The translations under genes and the position numbers were made by a program. From Octopus sinensis (taxonomy: Eukaryota): a DNA stretch of 64,000 nucleotides. Shown piece after piece: positions 63,420 to 64,000 of the stretch; position 1 is the first letter of the stretch, and each line of letters begins with the position of its first letter. Below the pieces are notes generated by a model. It was not told where the DNA came from. It did no database searches and worked only from the letters and a program-made list of their open reading frames with translations. The DNA lies in NCBI RefSeq assembly GCF_006345805.1, contig NC_043000.1, forward strand, positions 162,192,001 to 162,256,000, in the 5' to 3' direction.

Positions 63420-64000
63420 AGCAAAGCCATTGCTAGAAAGAGTCACCGAAATGAGTCATCGTTGATGAAATGTGAGGCCCTTATATGACTCTTGAACCCG
63501 GCCAAAGATTTGCACATTCTATTGCATAATGCACAGCTGTGCTGGCTGGCAGAAGGAACAGGTGCCACAGTATCAACTCCTTTCACATGCTTTTTCAATC
63601 CTCCAGCTGAAAGATACACCTTTTACACAGGTTGCAATTGTTCTGCTGCGAACAGAAGCCATATCACAATTTACAATGAGTTGATTCATATGGGTTCTCT
63701 GATGGCTGAACAGGCCTGCACGACGCAAGCATTTCCACCCACAAATCACACGCAAAAGGCAACAGACCCTCATTTTCCACAGGTTCATTCCTTTTAAACC
63801 TTCTCTTTATCTTCTCATGCTTCATTTTCTCTGAAAACCTCTTGGCTTTCGGTAAAAGAAAATGTGGGAGGACCAGTCAATTGTAATTTTATTCAACAGA
63901 TTCACATACTTACTGCAGCGGTCCTGTCCTTCAGTTTTTCTAAACACTGTAAAAGAACTCGGAGGATCGGGTCTCCAGCCAAACTTTACGCGATACCCTT
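63420..64000 (-). mobile_element. Degenerate RTE-like LINE 3' end carrying three C2H2-type zinc-finger remnants
   Basis: Frameshifted minus-strand pieces FACDL..KCLRRAGLFSHQRTH, NNCNLCK..GLKKHVK and HSCALCNRMCKSLAGFKSHIRAH. The 3' end GCTTTGCTCGTATACGAG precedes an (ATGT)n tract. Confidence 0.6.

Noticed and set aside
1-64000. CRISPR arrays, rRNA genes, prokaryotic operons or defence systems
   Set aside because: No regularly spaced repeat-spacer arrays or rRNA-like sequence; the sequence is eukaryotic intronic/intergenic DNA.

Overview
AT-rich, gene-poor animal DNA, most likely octopus (inferred from the tRNA-derived SINE families, LINE types and very dense (TA)n/(CA)n/(ATAG)n microsatellites). 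There is one 100-N assembly gap. I can support only one host coding exon: the first coding exon of an SLCO4/OATP-type organic anion transporter on the minus strand (22385-22609, with a perfect CAG|GTAAGT donor). I found no further SLCO exons in the window. The rest is a mosaic of SINEs (a CORE-type family with an internal microsatellite, a Meta/MESC-like family and a tRNA-Arg-like family), 5'-truncated LINEs (RTE, CR1/L2-like), MITEs (Merlin-like, pogo-like, piggyBac-like and a (TA)n-embedded TIR element), two non-autonomous Helitrons and Penelope-like (PLE) fragments. The most striking signal is a ~500 bp palindrome with essentially no spacer at 50166-50668, flanked by (TA)n. Each arm carries a type I hammerhead ribozyme motif: intact on the minus strand, with a 1-nt core deletion on the plus strand. 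A second (TA)n-flanked fold-back (27967-28241) and a direct-repeat unit with a 701-nt period (58003-58894) carry non-canonical hammerhead-like cores. Together these suggest (TA)n-targeting, ribozyme-bearing retroelements that insert as hairpins or tandems. Almost all ORFs in the supplied track are spurious translations of microsatellites or repeats. All alignments and family assignments were made by eye, without database searches.
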